From positions 1-64,000 of the forward strand of contig CAWHCF010000021.1 of assembly GCA_963827655.1 (NCBI GenBank): 64,000 nt of DNA, written 5' to 3'. How positions within the stretch are numbered: the stretch's first letter is position 1; every line of letters begins with the position of its first letter. The DNA is from an uncultured Acidobacteriota bacterium (lineage in GTDB: Bacteria > Acidobacteriota > UBA6911). This document shows positions 19,832 to 29,893 of this stretch, piece by piece. The translations under genes were made by a program, and so were the position numbers. The notes under the pieces were generated by a model. That model saw nothing but the letters and a program-made list of their open reading frames with translations, had not been told where the DNA came from and ran no database searches.

Positions 19832-21022
19832 ATGGTGACGTGGCTGACCTCCGCCGAGGCGTCGGCGCGGTTGGGAGTGAACCGCGCCACGCTCTATGCC
19901 TACGTGAGCCGCGGCCTGATCCGCTCCAGTGCCGCGCCCGGCGACCCTCGCGCCCGTCGCTACGCGGCCGAGGACGTCGACCGCCTGCGTAGCCGCGCCG
20001 AACAGCGGCGCGATCCCCAGAAGGCGGTCGAGCGCGCGCTGCATTGGGGCGTGCCGGTGCTTGAGTCGGCCATAACCCTCATAGCCGCCGACCGTCTCTA
20101 CTACCGGGGTTACGATGCCTGCGAGCTGGCACGATCGAAGTCGATTAAACAGGTCGCATCGCTGATCTGGCTCGGCGGCTTCGACAGCGAAGTCGGCGCT
20201 ACTGATATTCACGTGGTCCCCGGCAAGAGCCTCGACCGGCGGCCGTTCATCGCCCGCGCGCAGTCGATGCTTCTTCTGGTCGCGGCCCGTGATCCGCTGG
20301 CGCTCGATCTACGTCCGCGCCCGGTGGCGCAGAGCGGCTGGCGCATTCTGAACCTGCTGACTGGCGTGGCGGTTGGCTCGTCGCAGCTCGAAGCCAATAT
20401 CGACCAGACGCTGTGCCGCCACTGGGCGCCGCGCGTACCAGACTGCCCTGATCTGTTGCGCGCCGCCCTCATCGTCTGCGCCGATCACGAGCTGAACGTC
20501 TCCTCATTCACCGCCCGCTGCGTGGCTTCGGCCGGCGCGAATCCGTACTCGGTTGTCCTCGCCGGCCTGGCCGCGATCGAGGGGCCCAAACACGGCGGCA
20601 TGACGGCGCGGATCGAGACGATGATGAGTGAACTGCGCCGGGCGCCCGACATCAAGCGCGCGCTCGCCGATCGCCTGCGGCGCGGTGAGCCGCTCTACGG
20701 CTTCGGCCATCCGCTTTACCAGAACGGCGACCCGCGCGCGAGGCTCCTTCTCGACCTGCTGCAAAAGCGTCACGCGCAATCGCCCGAGGTAAAAATGGCG
20801 CGCGAGATCGCCCGCGCCGGCGAAGAAATCCTGGGCGGCGACCAGCCGGCGATTGACTTCGCGCTGGTCACGCTCGCGCGCGCGCTCAAGCTCCCTGAAG
20901 GCGCCGCCATCACGCTCTTCGCCCTGGGTCGATCGATCGGCTGGATCGGCCACGCCATCGAGCAGTACGGGCGCGACGAGATCATTCGGCCGCGCGCGAG
21001 GTACGTGGGAACAATGCCCTAG
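19832..21022 (+). CDS. HTH (excisionase/MerR-like) - citrate synthase domain fusion, probable regulator
   Basis: 'LTSAEASARLGVNRATLYAYVSRGLI' followed by DHELN, KHGG, GFGHP and IDFAL citrate-synthase motifs. Confidence 0.88.
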   Translation: MVTWLTSAEASARLGVNRATLYAYVSRGLIRSSAAPGDPRARRYAAEDVDRLRSRAEQRRDPQKAVERALHWGVPVLESAITLIAADRLYYRGYDACELARSKSIKQVASLIWLGGFDSEVGATDIHVVPGKSLDRRPFIARAQSMLLLVAARDPLALDLRPRPVAQSGWRILNLLTGVAVGSSQLEANIDQTLCRHWAPRVPDCPDLLRAALIVCADHELNVSSFTARCVASAGANPYSVVLAGLAAIEGPKHGGMTARIETMMSELRRAPDIKRALADRLRRGEPLYGFGHPLYQNGDPRARLLLDLLQKRHAQSPEVKMAREIARAGEEILGGDQPAIDFALVTLARALKLPEGAAITLFALGRSIGWIGHAIEQYGRDEIIRPRARYVGTMP

Positions 21023-21067
21023 TATCTTCGCATTACCAGGTCGTAGCCTGTTGTTTTTTGGCAGAGA

Positions 21068-21157
21068 TTCTTGGTGTCTCTTCGTGTCTTTGCGACTTCG
21101 TGGTAATCGGTTAATGATTAACCACCAAGTCTCGAAGGCACGAAGAAACACTGAAGA
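21068..21157. repeat. Nonamer-arm inverted repeat element
   Basis: ttcttggtgtctcttcgtgtctttgcgacttcgtggt ... accaccaagtctcgaaggcacgaagaaacac, between convergent genes. Confidence 0.8.
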
Positions 21158-21192
21158 GCATTTTGGTTGCGGCCTCACGGCTGCGTTGCGTC

Positions 21193-23292
21193 TTAGCGGT
21201 TGCGGCTATTATCCCCCGCGCCTCGGAACAACAAGAATCCGAGCACGCCGAACAACAGCACAGAGACCGCATCCGTCTCCCAGAGGAAGCGAAGATACCT
21301 GTAACCAACCGCGAGTCCGAGAGGCAATCCGGTATTCTCATCGTCAAAGGGGATGACGAAGTGCAGGAACGCAGCGAGCACACCGACCAGCGCTCCCCCG
21401 GCGATCAGCCCGGACGATAGCAGGGTTCCTTCCCTTTCGTCCGCGTCGTCCGGTTTCCTCCGGTAAGTTCTATCCGCAATCTTGCGAACCACACCTCCCA
21501 TGAAAATCGGCAGAGTCGAAGACAGCGGCAAATAGGCGCCGACCGCAAACGTGAGAGAGTGCATTCCGAGCAGCTCGATGAAAAGGGCAAGGCAAACGCC
21601 GATCATGATCAGGCCCCAGGGTAGCTTTCGCTCGAGCAGGCCTCCGATCAGAACCGCCATCAAATTGGCCTGCGGCGCAGCCAGCTCGCGCCCGCCGATT
21701 CCGTCGATGCGCCGCTTGACTGCCAGCCGGGTGTCGGGTTCAACCAGGTAATTTCCCGGTTCGATTCCCGCTACGCCCGCGACTCTGACCATCAGGTAGG
21801 TCCTGCCGTCCTGGGCCTGGATCGTTTCCGCGCTACCGATCGAGATCGACGGGGGTGTGAAGGGCTTTTCCAGCGGAATCTCCCTGGTCTGACTGGTATT
21901 CAACAGAATCATCGTGTACCCGATGACACTTGCCGAGGTTACGACCCCGACCAGCAGGCCGAACTGCTGCGCCCGCGGTGTGGCTCCCACCAGAAATCCG
22001 GTCTTCAAATCCTGGGCCGTAGTCCCGGCATTGCTGATCGCAAGGCAAACAACCGCTCCGATGACGAGCGCCAAATAGGTATATCCCGGACCCTGCCAAC
22101 CCACCGCGAGAAATATGAAACAGGTCCCCATCAACACGGCGATGGTCATCCCTGAAAGCGGGCTCGAGGAGCTTCCGACGATTCCGGTGATCCTGGCAGA
22201 TACGACCGAAAACAGAAATCCGAAGACCACGATCAGGACGGCGCCCAGAAGGTTCATCCGGAACGCCGGCATCAGCCAGATGAAGAGCGCAAGCGCAAGC
22301 GAGCCGATCGCAACCACCGTAATTGGAGTGTCTCGTTCCGTACGCGGGAGCGAAGCGCCGCCGGCAATTCCGGTTCCTTCGCCGGCGAGCTGCCGAATCG
22401 AAGCGCGGAGCGAATCCCAGATTGCCGGAAAAGCACGCGCGAGTCCCACAATTCCGCCGGTGGCGACCGCGCCCGCTCCGATGTATTTCGTGTAAGAGCG
22501 CCAGATCTCATCGGGACTCATTTCGCGGATCAGCCTGGTTGCAGGATAGATGGCTTCACTCGAACCGGCGCCCGCGAACGCTATGATGGGACCAATGATG
22601 AATGACGAAAGCAAGCCGCCCGCTACCATGATGACCGATGTCTGCCACCCGATGATGTAACCGACTCCCATCAGTTCGGGAGAGACATCCATTGCAATCG
22701 AAGCGCCCGGATAAAAAGCCAAACTACGTCCCGGAACTGACTTCCAGAACCCCAGCAGCGCCGGGCAAGCCTTGAATACGGCGCCGGTTCCCATCCCTCG
22801 GAAAATCTTGGCCGCGCTGGTTCCGCCGGTTTCTCCGGCTTTCAGGATTTCGGCACAGGCCGTGCCCTCCGGGAATCTAAGCTTGCCGTGTTCTTTCACG
22901 ATCAAATAACGCCGGAGCGGGATCATCATCAGGACCCCGAGAATTCCCCCCGTCAGCGCGATCAGGAGAGTGAGCGACGCGCTCAGCGCGTAGCCGAGGA
23001 AGATAAGAGCCGGAACGGTAAAGACGACCGCGGCCGCAATCGACTCGCCGGCAGAGCCGACGGTCTGGACGATGTTGTTCTCCAGAATGGTCGATCGGCC
23101 GAGCTTCTTGAGAATCGTTATCGCCATGACCGCTATCGGTATCGATGCCGAAGTCGTCAAGCCGACGCGCAGACCGAGGTAGACCGAAGCGGCCCCGAAG
23201 ATGATGCCGAGGATTGAACCCAGCAGAAGAGCGCGAAAAGTTGCCTCCGCCGGGGACTGCTCCGCGGGAACGTAAGGTTTGAAATGTTCCAT
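21193..23292 (-). CDS. OPT family oligopeptide transporter
   Basis: 'YLGLRVGLTTSASIPIAV', 'ENNIVQTVGSAGES', 'FPEGTACAE', 'QDLKTGFLVGATP' and 'APQANLMA'. Confidence 0.95.
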   Translation of the reverse strand: MEHFKPYVPAEQSPAEATFRALLLGSILGIIFGAASVYLGLRVGLTTSASIPIAVMAITILKKLGRSTILENNIVQTVGSAGESIAAAVVFTVPALIFLGYALSASLTLLIALTGGILGVLMMIPLRRYLIVKEHGKLRFPEGTACAEILKAGETGGTSAAKIFRGMGTGAVFKACPALLGFWKSVPGRSLAFYPGASIAMDVSPELMGVGYIIGWQTSVIMVAGGLLSSFIIGPIIAFAGAGSSEAIYPATRLIREMSPDEIWRSYTKYIGAGAVATGGIVGLARAFPAIWDSLRASIRQLAGEGTGIAGGASLPRTERDTPITVVAIGSLALALFIWLMPAFRMNLLGAVLIVVFGFLFSVVSARITGIVGSSSSPLSGMTIAVLMGTCFIFLAVGWQGPGYTYLALVIGAVVCLAISNAGTTAQDLKTGFLVGATPRAQQFGLLVGVVTSASVIGYTMILLNTSQTREIPLEKPFTPPSISIGSAETIQAQDGRTYLMVRVAGVAGIEPGNYLVEPDTRLAVKRRIDGIGGRELAAPQANLMAVLIGGLLERKLPWGLIMIGVCLALFIELLGMHSLTFAVGAYLPLSSTLPIFMGGVVRKIADRTYRRKPDDADEREGTLLSSGLIAGGALVGVLAAFLHFVIPFDDENTGLPLGLAVGYRYLRFLWETDAVSVLLFGVLGFLLFRGAGDNSRNR

Positions 23293-23296
23293 CGTT

Positions 23297-23338
23297 GTGT
23301 CTTGGTGTTTCTTCGTGTCTTGGTGTCTTCGTGGTTAG
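23297..23338 (-). repeat. Nonamer-arm repeat
   Basis: Reverse complement reads ctaaccacgaagacaccaagacacgaagaaacaccaagacac, immediately upstream of the OPT start. Confidence 0.85.
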
Positions 23339-23349
23339 TCAAAACCGGC

Positions 23350-25311
23350 TCAGCGAGCCTTCACGACTGCGACCCAATCCTGGTCCGCTTCCGCAGGCGG
23401 AGGGCCGAGACTCACTTTTCCCGGGCCCTTGACTTCAGCGATACGCCCCGTCTGAAGGCCGCCGCCGGCGCGCGGGTTGAACCAGTGAACCGTGAAGGAC
23501 CTGGCTGTGGCGCTCAGGTCGAGCTCGCTCGCGCCGCCGCCGGGCAGATAAATCAGGTAGAGTTCCCCCGGCCGAGCCAGGCAGTAACGGCTGTTGTCGT
23601 TGTCCGGGTTGCCTGCCAGCGCATTGAAATTCTTCATGTCCCAGAACGGAATCTTTTGGCGGGCGAAGAAGTCGAGCGCAATGCGGCAGTAGTCCCACGA
23701 TTTATCGCGGCTGCGCCAGTCATCGCAAGCCAGGTCGTTCTGGGGAAGCTGATAACCGAAGTAGTATTCGACTCCGGCCCCGCCGGCCATCAGGTTTCCC
23801 CAGAGCGTCATCTTGCGGATATCATGAAGGTCATAGGCCTTGTCGCCTTCCCCGGCCCGGCCGCTGTGCCCCTGGAATCCCGGGTCCGGCGGGACGCCCA
23901 AACCGGAAGGCCCCTGCTCGTCGCTGGCCACGACCCACGGCCGCCCGGACTTCGCCGACTCGGTCACCCATTTGAGCGTGCGCTGGTGCGCCGCGTTCCA
24001 GGCATTTTGCAGAGAGGCGCCGGTGAGGACCGACTGGTCACCGATGAGTTGAGAGTAAACCCTGTCCTGGGCCTGTGGAAACGTGTGCACGACGATGTGG
24101 TGGCGGTAGGGATCGGTGTCGTGAAGGTATTTCGCCATGGCCCGCTGTTGCTCGGCCGACTGAGTGTTCTCTTCGCCAAGGTTCCAGTTCAGCGCGAGCG
24201 CGTGTCCGAAGCGGGCGATGAGTTCGCGGCAGTAGAGCTTGCGCGCCGGGCCCAGGTCGCCGCCATCCAGCGCAGCGGGGATATCGGCGCTCTCCCCCTT
24301 GTCGCCCCGTCGATTGTCGTCGTTCTCCTGCTCCTGCATTTTGAAGTGCAGATAGAGACCGAGGGTCTGCGCATGCTGGAAGACGATCTGCCATTGATCG
24401 AGCTTGGAGCAGTCGTAGTGCAATTTGTCCTCGGGCGCTGCAAAGGGCCATACGTCATAGCCGTCGCCGCCCACGTTGTAGGTAAGAAACGAGAAGACAT
24501 TGCACCCTTTGCCCGCCAGATAGTTCAGGGCGCCGATCAGCCCCTTCCCTTTTCCTCCCTTCCAGGAAGGATCCCCCGGACGCCAGTCCTTGACGTGCGG
24601 CTCATATCGATGCAGTCCGGCGGGAGCGGCTTCGCCTTCGCGGCGCGGCGCGCTCTTGCCCGAAGAAGTCCCGTCGAAGTCGGCATAAGCAAGAAGGTTT
24701 TCGGGCGAGTCGGCTCCGGCCTTGAGGAAGTATTCGCCGCTGCCGGCGAAGCGCAAATGGTGCTTCCCGACATATTGCAGCCTCCCTTTGCCGCGCAGAT
24801 CACGGCCGGCCTTGTCGGTGGGCGCGATATTGAAAGATCCGGTCTTGCCGTCGAACCGCGCCAGTCGATCGCCCGCCATGGCAGGATCGAGCGCCGCGTT
24901 CTTCCCCTTCACGGCCGAAACGCGATAGCTCCACTTTCCGGGTTTATCGGGCGAAAGGTGCGCGCGCCACGTCGTGCCGGAGTCGGCCGACGAGTTGGCC
25001 GCGTCGCCGTCGGCGGCGAAATAGCCGGGAACCCTGTAATCGGGCGAACCGGATTCGTGACGGAAACTCACAGTGATCCGGTAGTCGGTGAACGGATTGG
25101 GCTCGTTGTCGAGTTCGTGGGCATAGGGACCATCAAGCGTGAGGGTGACCTTGTGCCACTGCATCAGTTCGCCTTCAAGCTTGACGGAGCCAGTGCCGTC
25201 CGGCTTTCGTGGCTGGGTCCCCTGAGCAGGCCCTTGATTTACCGCCGGGTCTGCGACTGAGCCTGTCAGCAAAACTGCAGCAAGCAAGACCGACCTGAGT
25301 GACGCGCGCAT
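23350..25311 (-). CDS. Secreted DUF5060 + TIM-barrel + putative collagen-binding domain protein (glycoside hydrolase-like)
   Basis: Signal peptide, 'PNPFTDYR', 'VPGYFAADG', 'WNLGEEN' and C-terminal 'WFNPR.GG...DWVAVV'. Confidence 0.8.
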   Translation of the reverse strand: MRASLRSVLLAAVLLTGSVADPAVNQGPAQGTQPRKPDGTGSVKLEGELMQWHKVTLTLDGPYAHELDNEPNPFTDYRITVSFRHESGSPDYRVPGYFAADGDAANSSADSGTTWRAHLSPDKPGKWSYRVSAVKGKNAALDPAMAGDRLARFDGKTGSFNIAPTDKAGRDLRGKGRLQYVGKHHLRFAGSGEYFLKAGADSPENLLAYADFDGTSSGKSAPRREGEAAPAGLHRYEPHVKDWRPGDPSWKGGKGKGLIGALNYLAGKGCNVFSFLTYNVGGDGYDVWPFAAPEDKLHYDCSKLDQWQIVFQHAQTLGLYLHFKMQEQENDDNRRGDKGESADIPAALDGGDLGPARKLYCRELIARFGHALALNWNLGEENTQSAEQQRAMAKYLHDTDPYRHHIVVHTFPQAQDRVYSQLIGDQSVLTGASLQNAWNAAHQRTLKWVTESAKSGRPWVVASDEQGPSGLGVPPDPGFQGHSGRAGEGDKAYDLHDIRKMTLWGNLMAGGAGVEYYFGYQLPQNDLACDDWRSRDKSWDYCRIALDFFARQKIPFWDMKNFNALAGNPDNDNSRYCLARPGELYLIYLPGGGASELDLSATARSFTVHWFNPRAGGGLQTGRIAEVKGPGKVSLGPPPAEADQDWVAVVKAR

Positions 25312-25322
25312 AAGTGTACCCC

Positions 25323-25414
25323 AAGGATAGGATTCAGGGTCAGGATCTAGGATTCAGGCCGAGTCAGAATACCAGACTGAATCCTAAATCCTGAATCCTA
25401 AATCCTAGATCCTG
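25323..25414. repeat. Heptamer-arm palindromic repeat element (copy 3)
   Basis: taggatt/caggatc arms, spacer with ACCAGAC, and aatccta/aatcctg/gatcctg arms. Confidence 0.85.
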
Positions 25415-25416
25415 AT

Positions 25417-27288
25417 CGCTACCGCTTCGTGGCTGATGTGAGAGAGGCGCCGGAGGAGAAACCGGAGCCTCTCATCGAAAGGCAGCCCGGAGCGCTCGAA
25501 CACGCCGCAGCGAGGAAAGGCCGCTTAGTTGGACCGGCGGTCTTCTTCGCGCTGGCGTTGGGGATAAGCGCCGCGGGCTGGCTCATCATCTCTGGTCTCA
25601 TACCCAAACCACCATCGCCGCCTCTGAGAGTCGTTCCCATGACCAGCTATCAGGGCGCTGAGCGCTTCCCGAGCTTTTCTCCCGATGGAACCCAGGTAGC
25701 TTTCACGTGGGATGGCGAGAAGCAGGACAACTTCGACATCTACACGTGCCCGGTCGGGAACGAGGCGCCGTTTCGCCTGACCAACGACCCGGCCATGGAC
25801 TTGAGCCCCGCATGGTCTCCGGACGGCCGTTGGATTACCTTCCTGCGCTTCCGGTCGGACGGAAAAGGCGGAGTGTTTCTGACCACGCCGCTGAGCCGGG
25901 CCGAGCGGCAATTGACTGAGATCGCTTCTCCCTGGATACGCGTAGGATTTTTCGGCCCTTTTCTCGCCTGGTCTCCCGACAGCAAGTGGATCGTCACCGC
26001 CGACACGAATTCTCCCGAATTGCCTTTTGGCCTGGTCCTGATTTCAGTTGAGACGGGTGAAAAGCGGGCACTGACCTCTCCTCCACAGAAGGGAGGAAAT
26101 GATATTGCCCCCGCATTTTCCCCCGATGGTCGCTCGCTGGCTTTCATCCGAATCCTCAGTTTCCCCGTCAGCGAACTCTATCTGCTCAGACTGACCGATG
26201 ACCTCAAGCCGAGAGGGGAGCCCGTCCGCCTCACGTATGAAGATCGGCGGACGACCAGCCCCGTCTGGAGTCAGGACGGGCGTGAAATTATTTTTGCTTC
26301 AGGCGATGTGTTTAACAGCCGCCTCTATCGCATCGCGGTTAATGGGCCTGGCAAACCCCGCGAGATCGAATCGGTCGGAGAGGCCGGCCCCGTTCTGGCC
26401 ATTTCCCACACGGGGCGCCGACTCGCCTATGTGCGGGAGGTCTTCGACCCCAACATTTGGCGCTTGCAGATTGGCGCTGATGGAGCGGTAGTCGGCACTC
26501 CGGCCAGCTTAAGCCTTCGACGCGCGTTGATTTCAGTCAGCAGTTTTCGCCGGATGGGAAGAAGGTCGCCTTCGTGTCGAACCGCTCGGAGCATACCGAA
26601 GTCTGGGTGTGTGATAGTGACGGTGCGAACCTCGCCCGGTTGACCTCGTTTGGCGGCCCATTAACTGACTGCCCGCGTTGGTCCCCGGACGGCGAGCGCA
26701 TCGTCTTCCAGTCACACTCGAATGGACAGTTGGACGTCTCCCTGATCAATGTCCGCGGGGGGACGCCGGAGCGACTCACGCATGAACCGAGTGACGAAAG
26801 CGCGCCGAGCTGGTCGCGCGATGGGCGTTGGATCTATTTTCACTCGAACCGCAGCGGCACCTCGCAGGTCTGGAAAATGCGCACCGACGGCAGCGGAGCG
26901 ATTCAGGTGACCAGGCAAGGAGGCTTCGCCGCGTTGGAGTCACCGGACGGCAAGTTTCTCTACTACTCGAAGGGTCCGGCCCACGGCCCCGCGTTGTGGA
27001 GAATTCCCGTGGATGGCGGGGAAGAGGTTGAGGTTTTGAAAGGCATTTCTGACTGGAGCACTTTTGCCCCCGTCGATCAGGGCATCTATTTCGTCCCGCG
27101 GAGGGAGCCTACTGCTCCAGGTTCCATCCAGTTTCTCAGCTTCGCCGATGGCCGGATCAAGACCATCATCCCGATTGCGAAGCCGGTGTTTGTTGGTCTC
27201 ACGGTTTCTCCGCGACCGCCAGTCCATCCTCTACACGCAGATGGATCAGGAAGGCAGCGATCTGATATTGGTTGAGCATTTTCGCTGA
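25417..27288 (+). pseudogene. TM-anchored TolB/PD40 beta-propeller protein missing its N-terminal winged-helix domain (frameshifts near 26510 and 27210)
   Basis: Repeated 'P.(W/F)SPDG..(I/L)AF' blades after one TM helix. It begins 'RYRFVADV', which resembles the end of a CadC/OmpR-type wHTH domain. Confidence 0.7.
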
Positions 27289-27320
27289 AGGAAGAACTCC
27301 TGAGGGCCGTGATGTTTAGT

Positions 27321-27358
27321 CTTAGTGTTTCTTCGTGTCTTCGTGTCTTCGTGGTGAG
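27321..27358 (-). repeat. Nonamer-arm repeat
   Basis: Reverse complement reads ctcaccacgaagacacgaagacacgaagaaacactaag. Confidence 0.85.
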
Positions 27359-27378
27359 TGCGGTGTACAATCGCCCGC

Positions 27379-28140
27379 ATGCGTGTGCGCGGCAAAGTCG
27401 CGGTCGTGACGGGTGCGGGCTCAGGGATCGGGCGGGCCGCGGCCTGCGCGCTCTCCCGCGAAGGCGCCCGCGTCGTGGCTGTCGATCTGCGGGAAGATAC
27501 GGCCCACGAGACCTGTGAGCTGATTCGGAAATCGGGCGGCGCCGCCGTCGCGTGCCAGGCGGATGTCTCAACCGCTGAGGGCGCGGAAGAAATGATCTCG
27601 CGGGCCGTGCTCGAGTTCGGCTCGCTCGACGTTCTGCACAACAACGCCGGCATCGCGGTGCGGGGCACGATCACCGACCAGGACGAAGAAGGCTGGGAGC
27701 GTTGCATCCGGATGAACCTGAAGACCGTCTATCTCGGCTCGAAGCGCGCCATTCCGCACATGCTCGAACGCGGAGGCAGCATCATCAATACCTCGTCCGT
27801 GACCGGCTTGATTGGATTTCGCAACCGCGCCGTCTACGCCATGACCAAGGCTGGAATCGTCAGCCTCACTCGCGGCATGGCGCTCGACTACGCCCGCTCG
27901 GGCATCCGGGTCAATTGCATCTGTCCCGGATTTGTGCGGACCCCGCTCATCGAGCGGCTGCTCGAGGACCCCGGCAAGGCAAAGCGGCTGACCGCCATTC
28001 ACCCGCTTGGGCGGCTGGGAACACCGGAGGACATCGCGCACGCGGTGGTGTTTCTGGCTTCCGACGAGTCGGCCTGGATGACGGGCCAGGCCCTGGTGGT
28101 TGACGGGGGCCTGGCTGCCGGCTGCGCCGAGGATATCTGA
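27379..28140 (+). CDS. SDR family NAD(P)-dependent oxidoreductase
   Basis: TGAGSGIG, NNAGI, YAMTK catalytic motif, 'IRVNCICPG'. Confidence 0.95.
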   Translation: MRVRGKVAVVTGAGSGIGRAAACALSREGARVVAVDLREDTAHETCELIRKSGGAAVACQADVSTAEGAEEMISRAVLEFGSLDVLHNNAGIAVRGTITDQDEEGWERCIRMNLKTVYLGSKRAIPHMLERGGSIINTSSVTGLIGFRNRAVYAMTKAGIVSLTRGMALDYARSGIRVNCICPGFVRTPLIERLLEDPGKAKRLTAIHPLGRLGTPEDIAHAVVFLASDESAWMTGQALVVDGGLAAGCAEDI

Positions 28141-28164
28141 GAGATTGCCTGTCGCGCGGTCACC

Positions 28165-28317
28165 GGAGGCCGTGCAAAGCCGATCATGTGCGGACGGGCT
28201 ATCAAGCCCGTCCGCCCATGGCACATGACTTAAGTAAATCTACGATACGTACTTGCGACGGTCCATGGCCGTCGCCACAGGTCTGGAAGTGTAGAGTTGG
28301 TTTTGCGAAGCCTCTGA
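28165..28317 (-). mobile_element. MITE/REPIN-like two-hairpin element, copy 2
   Basis: Imperfect terminal inverted repeats GAGGCCGTGCAAAGCC / GGTTTTGCGAAGCCTC. A 30-nt hairpin block is the exact reverse complement of 3871-3900. Confidence 0.7.
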
Positions 28318-28332
28318 TGCCCGCGCCAATTT

Positions 28333-29847
28333 TCATCGGCGAGGTCGTGCGGAGGTCAACTTTGCGGTGCTACGGCCCGGTAGGGGACGTTCCGCCCTGA
28401 AGCAGTACAGCGCGCCGTTGGTTCTGACGTAGAGAGAGTCATCCACGATAGCCGGAGTGGCATAACACTCATCCTCGAAATCGTTCAGCGCGAGAATCTC
28501 CCATTGGCCATCGGCCTTGAGCACGGTCATCTTGCCATTCTGACTGGTGACGTAGACGTAGCCGGCGCCGGCGACCGGCGATGCGTAATATGTGTCGAGC
28601 GCCCCGGGAAGACGTCCCTGTTTGAGAATCCGCCCGGTGTTTGGATCAAGGCTGGTGAAAATCCCGCTGTCTTTGATCAGATACAACACTCCTCGGTAAA
28701 GCAGCGGCGATGGAACGTTGGGAAGATACTTCTGCAGGCTCCATAGAACGCTGGCGCTCCCGGTCAAGTCGCCCCGCCCGCCATGGCGCACCGCGATCAA
28801 GGCGTTTCGGGATGCGCGGCGCGCGCGGTAGAAGTTCCAGTCTCGCTCGTCCGCGGTCCCATCGCTGTCGAGATCGATGGTATAGAACGTCTTTTGGATG
28901 CGTGGTTCGGACGCAAATTCTTCGGCCGAAAGCTTCCTGTCGCCATTGGCGTCGTAACGCGCGACGGTCTCGGCAAAGGTTGGGGTTTCGGTCGGCTGTT
29001 CCGCCTCGCCTCCCATCTCCCACCAGTGCGCGTAGATGATTTCTCCGTCGATGATCGGCGTCGACTTGGGCTGCCAGGACATGCCGGTGATCCACCAAAG
29101 TTTTTCGCCCGTCCGCGCATCATACGAAATGAGTTGATAAGAACCGGGGACGATCAGCTCTACCGGACCAACCTTGGGCCGTAAAACCGCGGGCGTGGAG
29201 TAGGAGCGGGTCGATTCAGGCCGGGCGACTTTCCAGCTTACCCGGCCTGTTTCTTTGTCGACGGCAAGCAGATACGAGTCCGTATCCTGGTCGCATAGCA
29301 AGACCAAAAGATTGTCGACCAGAATCGGCGAGGAGCCATGTCCGTTGACGTTATTAAACGGTCCGAGCGGCAGCCGCCATCGTTCCCGACCGTCCAGCCG
29401 GTAAGAAACCAGGCCGAAGTCACCGAAGAAGACGTAGACGCTGCGGCCGTCGGTTACCGGACTGGGCGAAGCCGGCGAGTTGGTCGGCTGATAACGCTCC
29501 AGTCTGGGCCGCGGCACTTCGCGCCTCCACAGGACTTTCCCCGTGCGCCGGTCCAGGCAGAAGGTGTAGAGCTTTCCACCGGGGTCAACGACCTTCTCCC
29601 GTCCGGCATCGGCCCGTTTACCGCCCTCGGCGGCCGTGACAAAGATGCGGTCACCGGAGATCACAGGAGACGAGTGTCCCGGAGGCAGTTCAGTCCGCCA
29701 GAAGACGTTCTGCCGTGGACCAAACTGCACTGGCAGACTGGCAACCTCTGCAACTCCGGTGCCGTTCGGGCCGCGGAACTGCCGCCAATCGGCAAAAGCC
29801 ACGCCAAGCGACACCAGCACACAGGCGATCAAACGCATCATCATCAT
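28333..29847 (-). CDS. PQQ-binding-like beta-propeller protein (BamB-like) with an EF-hand insert
   Basis: Signal peptide, 'DWRQFRGPNGTG', repeated 'SSP(V/I)' and 'GK..W' blades; DANGDRKLSAEE and DLDSDGTADERD loops. Confidence 0.88.
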   Translation of the reverse strand: MMMMRLIACVLVSLGVAFADWRQFRGPNGTGVAEVASLPVQFGPRQNVFWRTELPPGHSSPVISGDRIFVTAAEGGKRADAGREKVVDPGGKLYTFCLDRRTGKVLWRREVPRPRLERYQPTNSPASPSPVTDGRSVYVFFGDFGLVSYRLDGRERWRLPLGPFNNVNGHGSSPILVDNLLVLLCDQDTDSYLLAVDKETGRVSWKVARPESTRSYSTPAVLRPKVGPVELIVPGSYQLISYDARTGEKLWWITGMSWQPKSTPIIDGEIIYAHWWEMGGEAEQPTETPTFAETVARYDANGDRKLSAEEFASEPRIQKTFYTIDLDSDGTADERDWNFYRARRASRNALIAVRHGGRGDLTGSASVLWSLQKYLPNVPSPLLYRGVLYLIKDSGIFTSLDPNTGRILKQGRLPGALDTYYASPVAGAGYVYVTSQNGKMTVLKADGQWEILALNDFEDECYATPAIVDDSLYVRTNGALYCFRAERPLPGRSTAKLTSARPRR

Positions 29848-29862
29848 TTCGCGCTTCGCGTT

Positions 29863-29891
29863 CCCTTGTGTCTTCGTGTTTTGGTGGTCAG
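29863..29891 (-). repeat. Nonamer-arm repeat
   Basis: Reverse complement reads ctgaccaccaaaacacgaagacacaag. Confidence 0.7.
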
Positions 29892-29893
29892 CG

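Noticed and set aside
25640-27000. Recurrent TGGTCNCCNGA(C/T)GG DNA motifs
   Set aside because: They simply encode the WSPDG protein repeats of the PD40 propeller.
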